Origin: Abditibacterium sp.
GTDB lineage: Bacteria > Armatimonadota > Abditibacteriia > Abditibacteriales > Abditibacteriaceae
NCBI GenBank assembly: GCA_965246885.1
Contig: OZ251992.1
Coordinates: 1,696,001-1,760,000 of the forward strand
Length of the DNA stretch: 64,000 nucleotides
Direction: 5' to 3'
The translations under genes were made by a program, and so were the position numbers. Of this stretch, positions 10,258 through 20,247 are shown piece after piece. The notes beneath the pieces were generated by a model that worked only from the letters and a program-made list of their open reading frames with translations, did no database searches and was not told the DNA's origin. Position 1 is the stretch's first letter. Each line of letters begins with the position of its first letter.

Positions 10258-13200
10258 TTATACCTTCCGCTCGGTCAAGGGCGCGGTCGTTGGCGTGTTG
10301 ACGACGGGCTGGCTGGTGGTGCCGCGCCTGCGTGCCCACCAATTCACGGCGTCGTCGAGGAGCGAGTAAATCACCGGCGTGGCGATGAGGGTCAGCAGTA
10401 GCGAAAGCGTTTGACCGCCGAAGACGACGGAGCCAATGGCGCGGTTGGTGCCCGCCCCCGTCCCGCTCGATACGATAAGCGGAAGCATGCCCGCCACAAA
10501 CGCGAGCGTGGTCATCAGAATCGGGCGCAAGCGGTCGCGGTTGGCGTCTAACATCGCCGTGTGCCTATCCAAGCCTTTGGCGCGCAGTTGGTTGGTGTGG
10601 TCAACTTGCAGGATGGCGTTCTTCTTGACCACGCCAAACAGCAGCAATATCCCCAAGGCCGAGTAAATGTTGAGGCTCTGGCCAAACAGCACCACAGACA
10701 GAAGGGCAAAAGGGACGGTGAGCGGGAGCGACACGAGGATGGCGAGGGGATATATCCAACTCTCGAACTGCGCGGCCAGAATCAGATACATAAACACGAC
10801 CGACAGCCCCAGTGCGAGGAAGAAGGCTTTGGCCGCGTTGTTCTGCTCCTTGCTCGACCCGGCGGCGGCCCCCGTATAAGCCGGGGGCAGTTTCAGCGCC
10901 TTGAAAGCGCCGTCCAACTGCGCCAGAATGGTTCCCGCCGAAGCGGTAGGCGCCGTGTTGATTTGCAACTGAATCTGCCTCTGGCGGTTGAGGCGCTGTA
11001 TCGAGGTTGGCCCAAGCCCCTTCTTGAAGGTGATGATTTGATCTAAATTGACCGGCGTTCCCGAAGCGGAGGAAGCGGTATAGAGCGCGAGGCCCTGCCC
11101 GCCAGTTCGGTATTGCAAGGGCGCCCTCACCCAGACTTCATACTGTTGCCCGCCCTCGTTGTATGTGGAAATGCGCTGACCGCCCGTCACGTAGTTGAGG
11201 GCTTGCGAGGCGTCGCTTACAGCGACGCCCAAGTCGCCCGCGCGGTCGCGGTCAACTTGCGCTTGGAGTTCGGGCTGGGCCGCGACGAAGTTGGTATCGG
11301 CATCGGCGACGCCGGGGAATTTGCGCGCTTGCTGAAGCAACGTGGCGGAGGCCTTCTGAAGCACTTTCAAGTCCGGCCCCGACAGGACATACTGCACGCC
11401 GCGCCCGCCACTGCCCGCGCCAAACCCCGGCAAGGCTGCCAAAGGAGACACGCTGAGCCGCAGGTCATCCGCCGCGAATTTGCGACGCACCAGTTTGCGC
11501 ACCGTCGCCATGATCTCGTTTTGTGTCTGCCTCCTCGCTTCGATGGGCTTGAGGCCCACGAACAGGTTCGCGTTGTTCTTGGCCGCGCCCTGACCGAAGC
11601 CGTTCACCGTCAGCAGGGTGTAGCTTACGCCCGGTAGCTTACGGATTTGCGCGCCGATGCGGTTGCCTATCTTCGTTGTTTGCTCCAACGATGTTCCCGG
11701 CGGCGCGAGCGCACCGACTTGGAACTGCGACTCATCATCGTCCGGCAGGAAGTTGAACGGCGCCATTTTATACAGCACCGGTACCGCCGCAAGCGACAGC
11801 GCGCATACCAGCATCACCAGAGCGCGCCGCCGCAAACTCCAATCGAGAAGCGCGACGTAGTGATGCTCTATCCAGCGAAAGAAGCGGGGCGATTCGCCAT
11901 GCCCCGCGCCGCCTTTTTTCTCCTTCGCGCCCTTGTTTTCCAGCCAACGCGCGCCCAAACTGGGGGCGAGGGTGAACGAAACCAGCAACGACACCAGAAT
12001 GGCGAAGCTCATGGTGAGGCCGAACGAACTGAGCAGCCGCCCGGTCAGCCCCGACATAAACGCGACCGGCGCAAAGACCGCGACAAGTGACAGCGTGGTG
12101 GCCAGCACCGCCAGACCAATCTCGCGCGTTCCTTCAATGGCCGCGTCGTACGCCGACAGTCCTCGCTCGTTCATCACGCGGAAGATGTTTTCTATCACAA
12201 CGATGGCGTCGTCTATCACAATGCCGATGGCGAGCGTCAGCGCCAACAGGGTGATGATGTTCAGCGTATACCCGAACGCCCACAAGAGGCCGAAGGTAGC
12301 GATAATCGAAGCGGGGATGGAAATCGCGGAGATAATGGTTGCCCGCCAGTTGAGCAAAAACACCAGCACCACCAGCACCGCCAAGATGGAACCGACGACC
12401 AAATGCTCCTCGACGGCATGGACGGCGGCATCTATATACTGCGACTGATCGCGCACGATTTGCATCGAGTAACCGGGCGGAAGCGTCGCCTTTGCCCGTT
12501 TCAACTGCCCCTTGACATTTTCGATAGTGGCCAAGGTATTGACGCCCGACTGCTTGCGGACGTACATCAGCACGGTCGTTTTGCCGTTGAGCGCGGCGGC
12601 GGTCGAAGCGGTTTGCTCGCCGTCTTCGACGCGCGCCACATCGCTTAGGCGCACCAACCCGCCGCCTTCCAAGTTGTCGGCAACGGGTTGATTGGTTGTC
12701 GAGGCGGGGGTGAATTGGCGGGCCTTGACGATGATTTTGTTGAAGTCGGCGACGCTTGCAATGCGCCCTTGGGTGCGTAAACTCAGGGTGCGCGCACCCG
12801 TTTCCACATCGCCGCCGGGCACTTCCAAGTTTTGCTTTTGGACGGCGCTCACCACGTCGTTGACCGACAAACCGTAGGCGCGCAGTTGAATTGGGTCGGG
12901 CAGGACGTTGATTTGGCGCAAGCGTCCGCCAGCTAAGAACACCTCGCCCACGCCATCGGCGGTCTCGACTTGCGGAATGAGGGTTTCGTTGGCGTAAGTG
13001 GAAATGGTGCGGGTAGAATCCGGCCCGGACAGCGCCACGCCGATAATGGGCGCCGAGTCGGGGTCTTGCTTGCGCACAATGGGCGCGTCGAGGTTTTGCG
13101 GCAGGTTGCGCGCGGCCTGAGCGACTTTGTCGCGCACGTTGTTCGTGGCGATGTCGGCGTTTTGCGACAGGTTGAACTGCACGGTCACGTTCGAGGAACC

Positions 13201-13461
13201 TTCACTCGAAGTCGAGCGAATCTCATCCACGCCCGCGATGGTGTTCACCGCTTCCTCAATTTTCTGGGTAATCTCGGTTTCGACCGCTTCGGGGGGCGAG
13301 CCGGGGTAGTTCACGGACACCGAAACCGTCGGGTTTTCGACTTGCGGGAAACGGTCTACTCCCAAGCGCGTAAAACCGAACGCGCCCACCACCACCAACA
13401 CTAAAATGAGCACCGCCGCGAAGACGGGGCGCTTCACGCACAACTCGGCCAGTTTTTGCAT
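10258..13461 (-). CDS. RND efflux permease (AcrB/AcrD/AcrF family)
   Basis: 1067 aa; GIVIDDAIVVIENI, KNAILQVD and RLRPILMTT. Confidence 0.95.
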   Translation of the reverse strand: MQKLAELCVKRPVFAAVLILVLVVVGAFGFTRLGVDRFPQVENPTVSVSVNYPGSPPEAVETEITQKIEEAVNTIAGVDEIRSTSSEGSSNVTVQFNLSQNADIATNNVRDKVAQAARNLPQNLDAPIVRKQDPDSAPIIGVALSGPDSTRTISTYANETLIPQVETADGVGEVFLAGGRLRQINVLPDPIQLRAYGLSVNDVVSAVQKQNLEVPGGDVETGARTLSLRTQGRIASVADFNKIIVKARQFTPASTTNQPVADNLEGGGLVRLSDVARVEDGEQTASTAAALNGKTTVLMYVRKQSGVNTLATIENVKGQLKRAKATLPPGYSMQIVRDQSQYIDAAVHAVEEHLVVGSILAVLVVLVFLLNWRATIISAISIPASIIATFGLLWAFGYTLNIITLLALTLAIGIVIDDAIVVIENIFRVMNERGLSAYDAAIEGTREIGLAVLATTLSLVAVFAPVAFMSGLTGRLLSSFGLTMSFAILVSLLVSFTLAPSLGARWLENKGAKEKKGGAGHGESPRFFRWIEHHYVALLDWSLRRRALVMLVCALSLAAVPVLYKMAPFNFLPDDDESQFQVGALAPPGTSLEQTTKIGNRIGAQIRKLPGVSYTLLTVNGFGQGAAKNNANLFVGLKPIEARRQTQNEIMATVRKLVRRKFAADDLRLSVSPLAALPGFGAGSGGRGVQYVLSGPDLKVLQKASATLLQQARKFPGVADADTNFVAAQPELQAQVDRDRAGDLGVAVSDASQALNYVTGGQRISTYNEGGQQYEVWVRAPLQYRTGGQGLALYTASSASGTPVNLDQIITFKKGLGPTSIQRLNRQRQIQLQINTAPTASAGTILAQLDGAFKALKLPPAYTGAAAGSSKEQNNAAKAFFLALGLSVVFMYLILAAQFESWIYPLAILVSLPLTVPFALLSVVLFGQSLNIYSALGILLLFGVVKKNAILQVDHTNQLRAKGLDRHTAMLDANRDRLRPILMTTLAFVAGMLPLIVSSGTGAGTNRAIGSVVFGGQTLSLLLTLIATPVIYSLLDDAVNWWARRRGTTSQPVVNTPTTAPLTERKV

Positions 13462-13555
13462 AAAGAGCTTAGAGGAGGTTTAAGCTGAGCGCGCGGCGTG
13501 CCGGATACAAAAGTTAAGGAACAATCGTTAGAGGAACAGGCGCGCTGAACCGTCG

Positions 13556-13723
13556 GCACAGCTAATTCTTTCGTTGGCGCAGGCGCGGGACTTGTTGGCG
13601 CGGGCGCGGGACTCGGCGGCGCGGTTCATTCTTTTGGCGGCGCGGGCGCGGGATTCGTTCACAGGCATGCAAAATTGAATCACAGGCATGCGCCGACGAG
13701 TCCCGCGACTAATTCTTTCGTTC
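13556..13723. repeat. Degenerate 21-bp tandem array A (8 units)
   Basis: In-phase units include gcgcaggcgcgggacttgttg, gcgcgggcgcgggactcggcg and gcgcgggcgcgggattcgttc; acaggcatgc occurs at 13661 and 13682. Confidence 0.75.
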
Positions 13724-13780
13724 CCACACGATAGCAGCGCGCCGGAGAAGGGCGCGCTGTCAGGGAAAGACATCGGGAAA

Positions 13781-13996
13781 TCAGCCGTTCATCTCGTCCT
13801 CCGGGTTGCGGTCAACGTTGCGAATCTTTAGTCGCTGATCTAAGCGGTGCAAGAAGCCGCCGTTGTCGAAACCCCAGAAAATCAGCGCCATAGCGAGCAC
13901 GACGATGGCCGCAAAGCCAAACCACAGGAAGACGGGCCAGTTCAGGTGCCCCGGCTCGCCAAAAAAGCCCGAATAAGGATCGTTATAACCAGACAT
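13781..13996 (-). CDS. Small single-TM hypothetical protein
   Basis: 71-aa ORF with one hydrophobic helix; TAAAAT lies 8 nt upstream of the ATG. Confidence 0.5.
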   Translation of the reverse strand: MSGYNDPYSGFFGEPGHLNWPVFLWFGFAAIVVLAMALIFWGFDNGGFLHRLDQRLKIRNVDRNPEDEMNG

Positions 13997-14046
13997 AGCG
14001 TTCTATTTTAAGGCACTTCACGCGCCGTGTCGCCCCCGAAATGCTA

Positions 14047-14622
14047 TCACTTCAAAAAGACCCACAGCGAACCGATGGCAATGGCCACCATAATCCATAA
14101 AAACGGCTGAAACACATCGGGGAGCGCCTCAGCCAGTGGCATGCCGTGCGCCATGCGGGATTGAAGCGTCAAGAGAGAGTGACCCAACGCCCCCACGACG
14201 AAGCCCGCCGAGGCTACTATTGCCAGTTTCGTCCCGCGCTTGCCGCCCGATGCCTTGACTATCAGTTTGCCCAGCGTCGGCCCGATGGCGGGCGCGTAAA
14301 ACAAAATCAGCAGCGACAGCCCGCCGATGGCGCCCAGAATCACCGCGCCGACCACGCCCGCCACGAGCGACAAGCCAAACGCCGCCAGCGCGCCCACCAA
14401 GCTCAGTTGATACATGTGGCTCGACTTCATGCTCAGGCAGCCGCGGCACCGCGCTCCGGTTGGCCCGTATTGCGTGCACTTGGGGCAAATCGGCTTCTCG
14501 CACCGCCCACAGCGCAGACGTGTGTGCACCCCTTTGTGGCGCGCGCAGACATACACTCCCGGCTCGCCCGGAACTTCGAGAGCCGCCCACTCTTGGCTTT
14601 GTTGGGATGGAAGAGACGACAT
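14047..14622 (-). CDS. B-box-like zinc-finger membrane protein
   Basis: CARH...LRCGRCEKPICPKC...RCRGC followed by four TM segments. Confidence 0.75.
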   Translation of the reverse strand: MSSLPSQQSQEWAALEVPGEPGVYVCARHKGVHTRLRCGRCEKPICPKCTQYGPTGARCRGCLSMKSSHMYQLSLVGALAAFGLSLVAGVVGAVILGAIGGLSLLILFYAPAIGPTLGKLIVKASGGKRGTKLAIVASAGFVVGALGHSLLTLQSRMAHGMPLAEALPDVFQPFLWIMVAIAIGSLWVFLK

Positions 14623-14680
14623 GACAAAAAAGACGAGCGCCAGCGCGCCAAGCGCGATTATTTTATCCGATTCCACCGAT

Positions 14681-15664
14681 GTGCGCTCCCCCGATTTGCT
14701 GGGGACGGCGGGAGAATTCGGGGCCATCGCGCGCTTTGCCGCTCGGCTCCAAACCCGTGCGGGCGTGCGGGTCGGCATTGGCGATGACTGCGCGGTTCTC
14801 GACGCCCTGCGCACGCCCGTTGTCTCAACCGATGCTCTCGTCGAAGGCGTGCATTTCCGCCGCGACTGGACGAGCGCCCGCGACTTGGGCCGCAAAACCT
14901 TAGCGGTTTCCGTGTCGGATTTGGCGTCGGGTGGTGCCTATCCCGTCGCCGCTTTCTTGAGCTTGTGCGCGCCGCCGGATGTGGAAATGGCGTGGCTCGG
15001 CGAGTTTTACGACGGCATGGAATCGCTTGCCAATGAGTTCGCCTTCACGGTCGCGGGTGGCGACACCACGCGCGCGGGTCAGCTAATGATGAGCGCCACT
15101 CTCGTCGGGGAACTATTACCTGAAGCGGACGGGCAACCGGTTTTGCGAAGCGGGGCCAAGGTCGGCGACTGGGTATGCGTGACGGGCGACTTGGGCGCAA
15201 GCGCGGCGGGGTTGGCGCTGTTGCAACGCGGCCAACGGGCGCAAAGCCCCGCTCACGCGGAGGTGTTGCGCCGCCATTTTGACCCGTCGCCGCGACTGGA
15301 CACGATGCGCGTCCTGCTTCAGGCCAACCGCGCCGCCATTCATGCGGGGATGGATATCTCCGATGGGTTGGTGGGGGATGCGAATCACATCGCCGCGCGG
15401 TCGGGCGTGCGTCTGGTATTGGACGCGGCCCAAATACCACTCTCGTCCGCTACTCTGCGAGTAGCGGACGAGTTGGGCGTTCCTGCGCTCCCTTGGGCGT
15501 TGGGCGGCGGGGAGGATTACGAACTGCTCTTGTGCCTCGCGCCCGACGCGTTCGACTCGCTCCACCACCTCGGTGCGGGTTTAACGCGCGTCGGGGACGT
15601 GGTAGCAGGTGCGGGGGTGAAAGTTTTGCAAGGAGCGGAGGCGGAGAGTTGGACGCACTTTTGA
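14681..15664 (+). CDS. thiL: Thiamine-monophosphate kinase (start uncertain)
   Basis: GEFG.I, GIGDDCAV, VEGVHF, GGDT, DISDGL and GGEDYELL. Confidence 0.93.
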   Translation: MRSPDLLGTAGEFGAIARFAARLQTRAGVRVGIGDDCAVLDALRTPVVSTDALVEGVHFRRDWTSARDLGRKTLAVSVSDLASGGAYPVAAFLSLCAPPDVEMAWLGEFYDGMESLANEFAFTVAGGDTTRAGQLMMSATLVGELLPEADGQPVLRSGAKVGDWVCVTGDLGASAAGLALLQRGQRAQSPAHAEVLRRHFDPSPRLDTMRVLLQANRAAIHAGMDISDGLVGDANHIAARSGVRLVLDAAQIPLSSATLRVADELGVPALPWALGGGEDYELLLCLAPDAFDSLHHLGAGLTRVGDVVAGAGVKVLQGAEAESWTHF

Positions 15665-15678
15665 CCTAAACTGCGCGC

Positions 15679-16416
15679 GTGGACAAGAACACGACCTTCG
15701 CCGACTTGGGCATCCCGTTTCCCCTATTTGAGGCTCCCATTGGAAGCTGTTCTGAGTTTGTCGGGCGCGGCGACTGTGGCATTTGCGCGCGCGCCGAGCA
15801 GTGGGTCTTTCGCGCGGGCATCGGCGGCTACCTGCTGGTATCTTGTTCCGAGTGTAGCCAGACCAACGCGCTTCGGTGCGACGATCAACGAGACGCTGTT
15901 TGTTCGCGCTGCCAATCTGTGGTAGCGTGGCCCCATGCGCGCGTGGGCGACTTCCGCGTTTGCTACGACTGCTTGCGCGCCGGGCGTGTCTGCTTCACAC
16001 AGGATACGGCTTTGGGCATGGTTCGCTGGGAAGATGCCCAACGCGGCTGGACGCATGGACTCCCCGGCGAAGTAGAATCCCCCTTTGCTTCCAAGCCCAA
16101 AGAAGACGACCCCGAATGGCACGAGTTCGCGCTTGTGCCCGAAGACGCGCAGGAGTTGGGGCGCACTCCACGCTATAGCACATGGCAAGGCGAGCAGTGG
16201 CCCTTCCACTGTGGCCGCGTCATGGCTTACGTTGGCGAACCTTTGGCACGTCCCAAAAGCGAGGCGTCGCCCGATGTGCTGGCCGCCACGCGAGCCATTC
16301 TGGAGGACGAAGGGTGGGGGTTAAGCACCGATGAAGCGTGGGACTCCATCATCTGCGTTTACCTGTTTCGCTGCCCCGTTTGCGGGGCGCTCGGTGGCCA
16401 TGCCGATTGTGACTGA
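15679..16416 (+). CDS. CbrC/UPF0167-like Cys-rich protein
   Basis: ELGRTP.YSTWQGEQW..HC, YLFRC..CG...GH.D.D and several CxxC motifs. Confidence 0.7.
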   Translation: MDKNTTFADLGIPFPLFEAPIGSCSEFVGRGDCGICARAEQWVFRAGIGGYLLVSCSECSQTNALRCDDQRDAVCSRCQSVVAWPHARVGDFRVCYDCLRAGRVCFTQDTALGMVRWEDAQRGWTHGLPGEVESPFASKPKEDDPEWHEFALVPEDAQELGRTPRYSTWQGEQWPFHCGRVMAYVGEPLARPKSEASPDVLAATRAILEDEGWGLSTDEAWDSIICVYLFRCPVCGALGGHADCD

Positions 16417-16482
16417 GCCAATCAACGAGCGAAAGCGACCAATCTGCCAGAAACAGTTGGCCGCTTCTACTCGCGGTGACTC

Positions 16483-17427
16483 TTAATACGTCAGGTAGTA
16501 GACCGCCGTTCCGACGGCGACGGTGCCGACGAAGTTGCGGGCGAAGGTGTCGAACTCCTTTTCATCTATCTGGCGCGAGGTGGGCAGGGCGCGCTTTTCG
16601 ACGGGGTTGTTGATCAGGCGCACGCGCTGGTTGACGAAGATGCCGGGGTATGCGGTTTCGGGCGCGACGGAGGCCAAACCCTCGCCCGCCGCGATGTCGA
16701 ACAGGGTGCCGAAAGCGATTGGCTCGCCCAATTCGTTGAGGTATTCAATGCGGGCGCCGCCGCGCGCGCCGGAAAGCGTGCCCAGCGACAAGCGGGCGAC
16801 GTAAGTGCCGCCCATCGAGGGTTTGGACAAGACGACGCCGGGGATGGTCGCGGTATCGCCAAAGTGTCGGACGGCGTCGATAATTGCGCTCGTCAAGGCC
16901 GCGTCGCCGCTTTGTCCGGCAGGGGAAGTGCCCTTGCCGTAGCCAGTCAGGACGCCGATTTTGGTGTCATACAGTTCGGCAGTGGCGGAGTAACCCTCGC
17001 CAACGGGTGAAACGGACAAAGTCATGGCGCGCGTCACCTTAGTCGCTTTGCCGAGTTTGATATAGTCGGTCGAGGTAAACGGCCACGCCCAGTTGGTCTT
17101 GCTCGCGCCCGCTTTGGCGATGGCGGCGGACAGAGCGGGATATTCGCTGGCGGGCATGGGCGCGTAGCCGGGTGTGACGGCCAAAGCGCGCGGTGCGAGG
17201 CCAAGAGCTTTCTTGGCGATGTCGGCGTCGCCGGTAGTGTCCACGACGGCAGCGACGAGAACGGGCGTGCCGGAACGAAGCGGGCCGCCGGGAACGACGG
17301 CGATGGTGCCCTCTTGCGCGACGGGCGGCGAGATGACGGTATCGGCATGGGCGCGCGAGCCGACGGCCAGCAGAACGGGCAGAAGCGGCAGCAAACGTAA
17401 GGCGGAGCGACGGGTGATGTGCAGCAT
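16483..17427 (-). CDS. Secreted hypothetical protein (possible Tat signal)
   Basis: TRRSALR followed by a hydrophobic stretch and AHA cleavage site; high-GC3 codon usage. Confidence 0.65.
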   Translation of the reverse strand: MLHITRRSALRLLPLLPVLLAVGSRAHADTVISPPVAQEGTIAVVPGGPLRSGTPVLVAAVVDTTGDADIAKKALGLAPRALAVTPGYAPMPASEYPALSAAIAKAGASKTNWAWPFTSTDYIKLGKATKVTRAMTLSVSPVGEGYSATAELYDTKIGVLTGYGKGTSPAGQSGDAALTSAIIDAVRHFGDTATIPGVVLSKPSMGGTYVARLSLGTLSGARGGARIEYLNELGEPIAFGTLFDIAAGEGLASVAPETAYPGIFVNQRVRLINNPVEKRALPTSRQIDEKEFDTFARNFVGTVAVGTAVYYLTY

Positions 17428-17638
17428 AATTTTCCTTGAAACTGAGGCGACGAATTGGCCTTTGACTTCTCTGTCGAGTTCTACCACAAAACCCGCGCCG
17501 TTTACACACTCGAATGAAGCGGGAACGGCGAAGTTTAGCGGGAGCTTTAAGGTGCAAACTCTGTCAACGCCGTCACTTTGCGAGACTTTGGCCAAAGCGG
17601 AAGCGGGCGCGAAAGCGCTGCCTTGACCCGCAACGTCA

Positions 17639-18118
17639 ATGATTATGACCCAGACCTATTTTCTTCCCGATGAGGCCGCGACGCGCGCACTTGCGGCGAC
17701 GGTGGGCGCACAACTGGGGGCGGGCGACTTGGTGCTGCTTTCCGGCGAGATGGGAGCGGGGAAAACGACCTTCGCGCAAGAGTTGGCGCGCGCTTTGGGA
17801 GTGGCGGAGGAAGTCGCGTCGCCCACGTTCACGCTCATTTTGGAATACACAAGCGGGCGACTACCGCTTTTGCACTGCGACGCTTACCGGCTCGAAGGGT
17901 TGGCGACGCCGGAATTAGAGGATGCGGGCATCTTGGAGTTTCTCGCGCGAACGGATGCGGTGCGGTTGTTGGAGTGGCCAGAGATAATTCAATCGTTCCT
18001 GCCGCCGCCCGCGTGGACGGTGGAACTGCAATTCGACGGCGAGGCTCGCCAATCGCGCGTATGGCGGCGCGAGGAAGCGGAAAAGGTGGGTGAACAAATG
18101 GCCAAAATAGGACGTTAG
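17639..18118 (+). CDS. tsaE: tRNA t6A biosynthesis ATPase
   Basis: GEMGAGKTTF, SPTFTLI and HCDAYRL. Confidence 0.93.
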   Translation: MIMTQTYFLPDEAATRALAATVGAQLGAGDLVLLSGEMGAGKTTFAQELARALGVAEEVASPTFTLILEYTSGRLPLLHCDAYRLEGLATPELEDAGILEFLARTDAVRLLEWPEIIQSFLPPPAWTVELQFDGEARQSRVWRREEAEKVGEQMAKIGR

Positions 18119-18133
18119 AGGGGGTATCTGAGC

Positions 18134-18604
18134 ATGAAAGAGACCCCCATGACGACGTACTTTTTCCCCGACTGCCGCTTGAACGTGTCCAACTGCGGCG
18201 AAACGACGACTCACTGGAACACCACCCATGTTCTCGCGCGTTGGCCGCGCCCCGCCGAGGATAAGTTGCTCGCGCGTTGTCTGGGTTATGGCGCCGACAC
18301 GCGCCGCTTCCGCCGCGAACACGATGTGTTGCTTCACACCCTCGCGGCGTTGCAGGGACAGGAGAGTAGTCCGTTGCTGCATGCGCTCGCGTTTGGCGAA
18401 GCGGACGCGGGATGGGCCGCCGAAGCCGAGGAGGATTTCGCCGCCCACGTTCATCGCTGGCTCAACCTCGATATTTGGAGCGACGAAATCGAGCGGTTGC
18501 TCCACTTGGGCTGGGAAAAAGCCGAGCTACGCGGTTTTCTGCGCGCCGTTCTCGAAGGGGAGATTACCGTCGTCGAGGCGCCGCTCACGGCGTTGGCGGT
18601 CTAA
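18134..18604 (+). CDS. Hypothetical protein
   Basis: 156-aa ORF directly after tsaE that fills the gap. Confidence 0.55.
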   Translation: MKETPMTTYFFPDCRLNVSNCGETTTHWNTTHVLARWPRPAEDKLLARCLGYGADTRRFRREHDVLLHTLAALQGQESSPLLHALAFGEADAGWAAEAEEDFAAHVHRWLNLDIWSDEIERLLHLGWEKAELRGFLRAVLEGEITVVEAPLTALAV

Positions 18605-18637
18605 GTCACGCTCCGCCCAACGCGCTTAGCATGAGCA

Positions 18638-19405
18638 TCATGCGCGAACTTTGGGTTTGGAGATGCCCAAGTGCTTGGAGTGAAACTGCACGGCGCTTTG
18701 CACGTGTTTGTCCCAGTAGCCCCACTCGTGCGAGCCGGGTGCCTCGATGTAGTCGTGCGGGATATTGAGGGCTTGCAAGTGCGCGTGGAAGTCGCGGTTT
18801 TGGTCGAGGAGGAAGTCGCTGGTGCCGCAGTCTATGCGGAGCGCAGGCAACTTGGCGCGGTTGGTGGCGGCGCGAAAGCGCTCGGCGAGGGCATAACAAT
18901 CGTTAGGCAAGGGGTCGGGGCCGATGACGCGTTTGAATTCCGGTTCCTCTTCGCGCCACCCGCCGTGCGAGAAGCCATACGCGCCGGAGTGTCCGTTGGC
19001 CGAGACGAACAGGTCGGGGAACTTGAGGGCGAGTTTGATGGCGCCGTAGCCGCCCATCGAAAGGCCGCCGATGGCCCGCCCGCCGCGCTCGGCGATGGTG
19101 TTAAACGTGCGGTCTACAAAGGGAAGCAGGTCTTTGATGATGGCCGATTCGTAGGCGAATCCCTCGTGCGCGTCGCAGTAGAAACCGCGTCCGCCATCGG
19201 GCATCACGACGATAAGTGGGAGGGCTTGGACATAGCGCCCGATGCTGGTGCGGCGCTGCCAGATGGAATAATCGTCCGACAAGCCGTGCAGGAGGTAATA
19301 GACCGGAAACGGCCCATCGTGGCCGGGGATTTCGGGAAAGATGACGTTGAAAGCGGTCTGCTTGTCGAGCGAGGGCGAGTAGTGGTTGAGCGTGGCGACG
19401 GCCAT
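18638..19405 (-). CDS. Alpha/beta hydrolase, putative esterase family
   Basis: YLLHGLSDD, GLSMGGYGA, DCGTSDF and GSHEWGYW. Confidence 0.9.
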   Translation of the reverse strand: MAVATLNHYSPSLDKQTAFNVIFPEIPGHDGPFPVYYLLHGLSDDYSIWQRRTSIGRYVQALPLIVVMPDGGRGFYCDAHEGFAYESAIIKDLLPFVDRTFNTIAERGGRAIGGLSMGGYGAIKLALKFPDLFVSANGHSGAYGFSHGGWREEEPEFKRVIGPDPLPNDCYALAERFRAATNRAKLPALRIDCGTSDFLLDQNRDFHAHLQALNIPHDYIEAPGSHEWGYWDKHVQSAVQFHSKHLGISKPKVRA

Positions 19406-19444
19406 AATCCCAAACAGCTTACCCAAGACGGAAACACGAAACAA

Positions 19445-19474
19445 AACAGCCTCCCCCGTGCGGGGGAGGCTGTT
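19445..19474 (-). terminator. Intrinsic terminator
   Basis: Hairpin aacagcctccccc / gggggaggctgtt with a T-rich tail on the minus strand. Confidence 0.65.
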
Positions 19475-19479
19475 CGGCT

Positions 19480-20133
19480 TTAGAGATCGGGAGTGAACAG
19501 TTCCAAGCTGGCGGCGTCGGCAGTGGACTTGTTGAGCCATTTGGCGTGCCCATCGGCGAAGCAGAAGGCATAACCACCAAGGTGTCGCGCCGAGTTAGTC
19601 ATTCGTTGGTCTGCCAGAGTTCCTGCAGGGTACTCTGCGTCGGCAAACAGCACTGTGCCACTGGGGTTCGTGAACTCAGAAAGGGCAGTGCCGTTATTAC
19701 CTACAGTGTCATTAAGGCCGTAAGACCCGGTGAACGCCCCGGAAACAGGAGTGGTGGCTGGATACGACCAAATGTGGTCGAGACCGTCACTCGGAAAGTG
19801 TGGTGCAGGGAGGGGATTGTATACGCTTCCCGTCGCGGAGGGGCACATGAAGATCTGTTGGCTTTTGACGTAGGGTTGGAGGATATAGCCGAAGTGTTTT
19901 CCGACGTCGGGCTTTTGAATGAGCATCCTCTCGTCGTAGTCTTGGGAATACTGCGCCATGCCTAATCCAATCTGTTTGAGGTTGTTTAAGCAGGAAGAAC
20001 GGCGCGCGTTCTCGCGCGCTCTGGCGAAGGCGGGGAATAGGATGGCGGATAGAATGGCGATGATAGCGATAACTACCAATAATTCTATTAACGTAAATCC
20101 TTGCCGCTTCTTGGAAGAAGTAAAAGAAAGCAT
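19480..20133 (-). CDS. Prepilin-type N-methylation, DUF1559, H-X9-DG domain protein
   Basis: [41 protein letters not shown] and RHLGG....FADGHAK. Confidence 0.9.
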   Translation of the reverse strand: MLSFTSSKKRQGFTLIELLVVIAIIAILSAILFPAFARARENARRSSCLNNLKQIGLGMAQYSQDYDERMLIQKPDVGKHFGYILQPYVKSQQIFMCPSATGSVYNPLPAPHFPSDGLDHIWSYPATTPVSGAFTGSYGLNDTVGNNGTALSEFTNPSGTVLFADAEYPAGTLADQRMTNSARHLGGYAFCFADGHAKWLNKSTADAASLELFTPDL

Positions 20134-20247
20134 AAAGATAAAGCAGCCCCGGAAAAACGGACGCGCGAGCGAAACTTCCCTTTTATTATACCCGCCGTAT
20201 GTTAAATCTAAACCGATTTCCGGCGCGGCGGTGGCAAAAAGTGTGTT

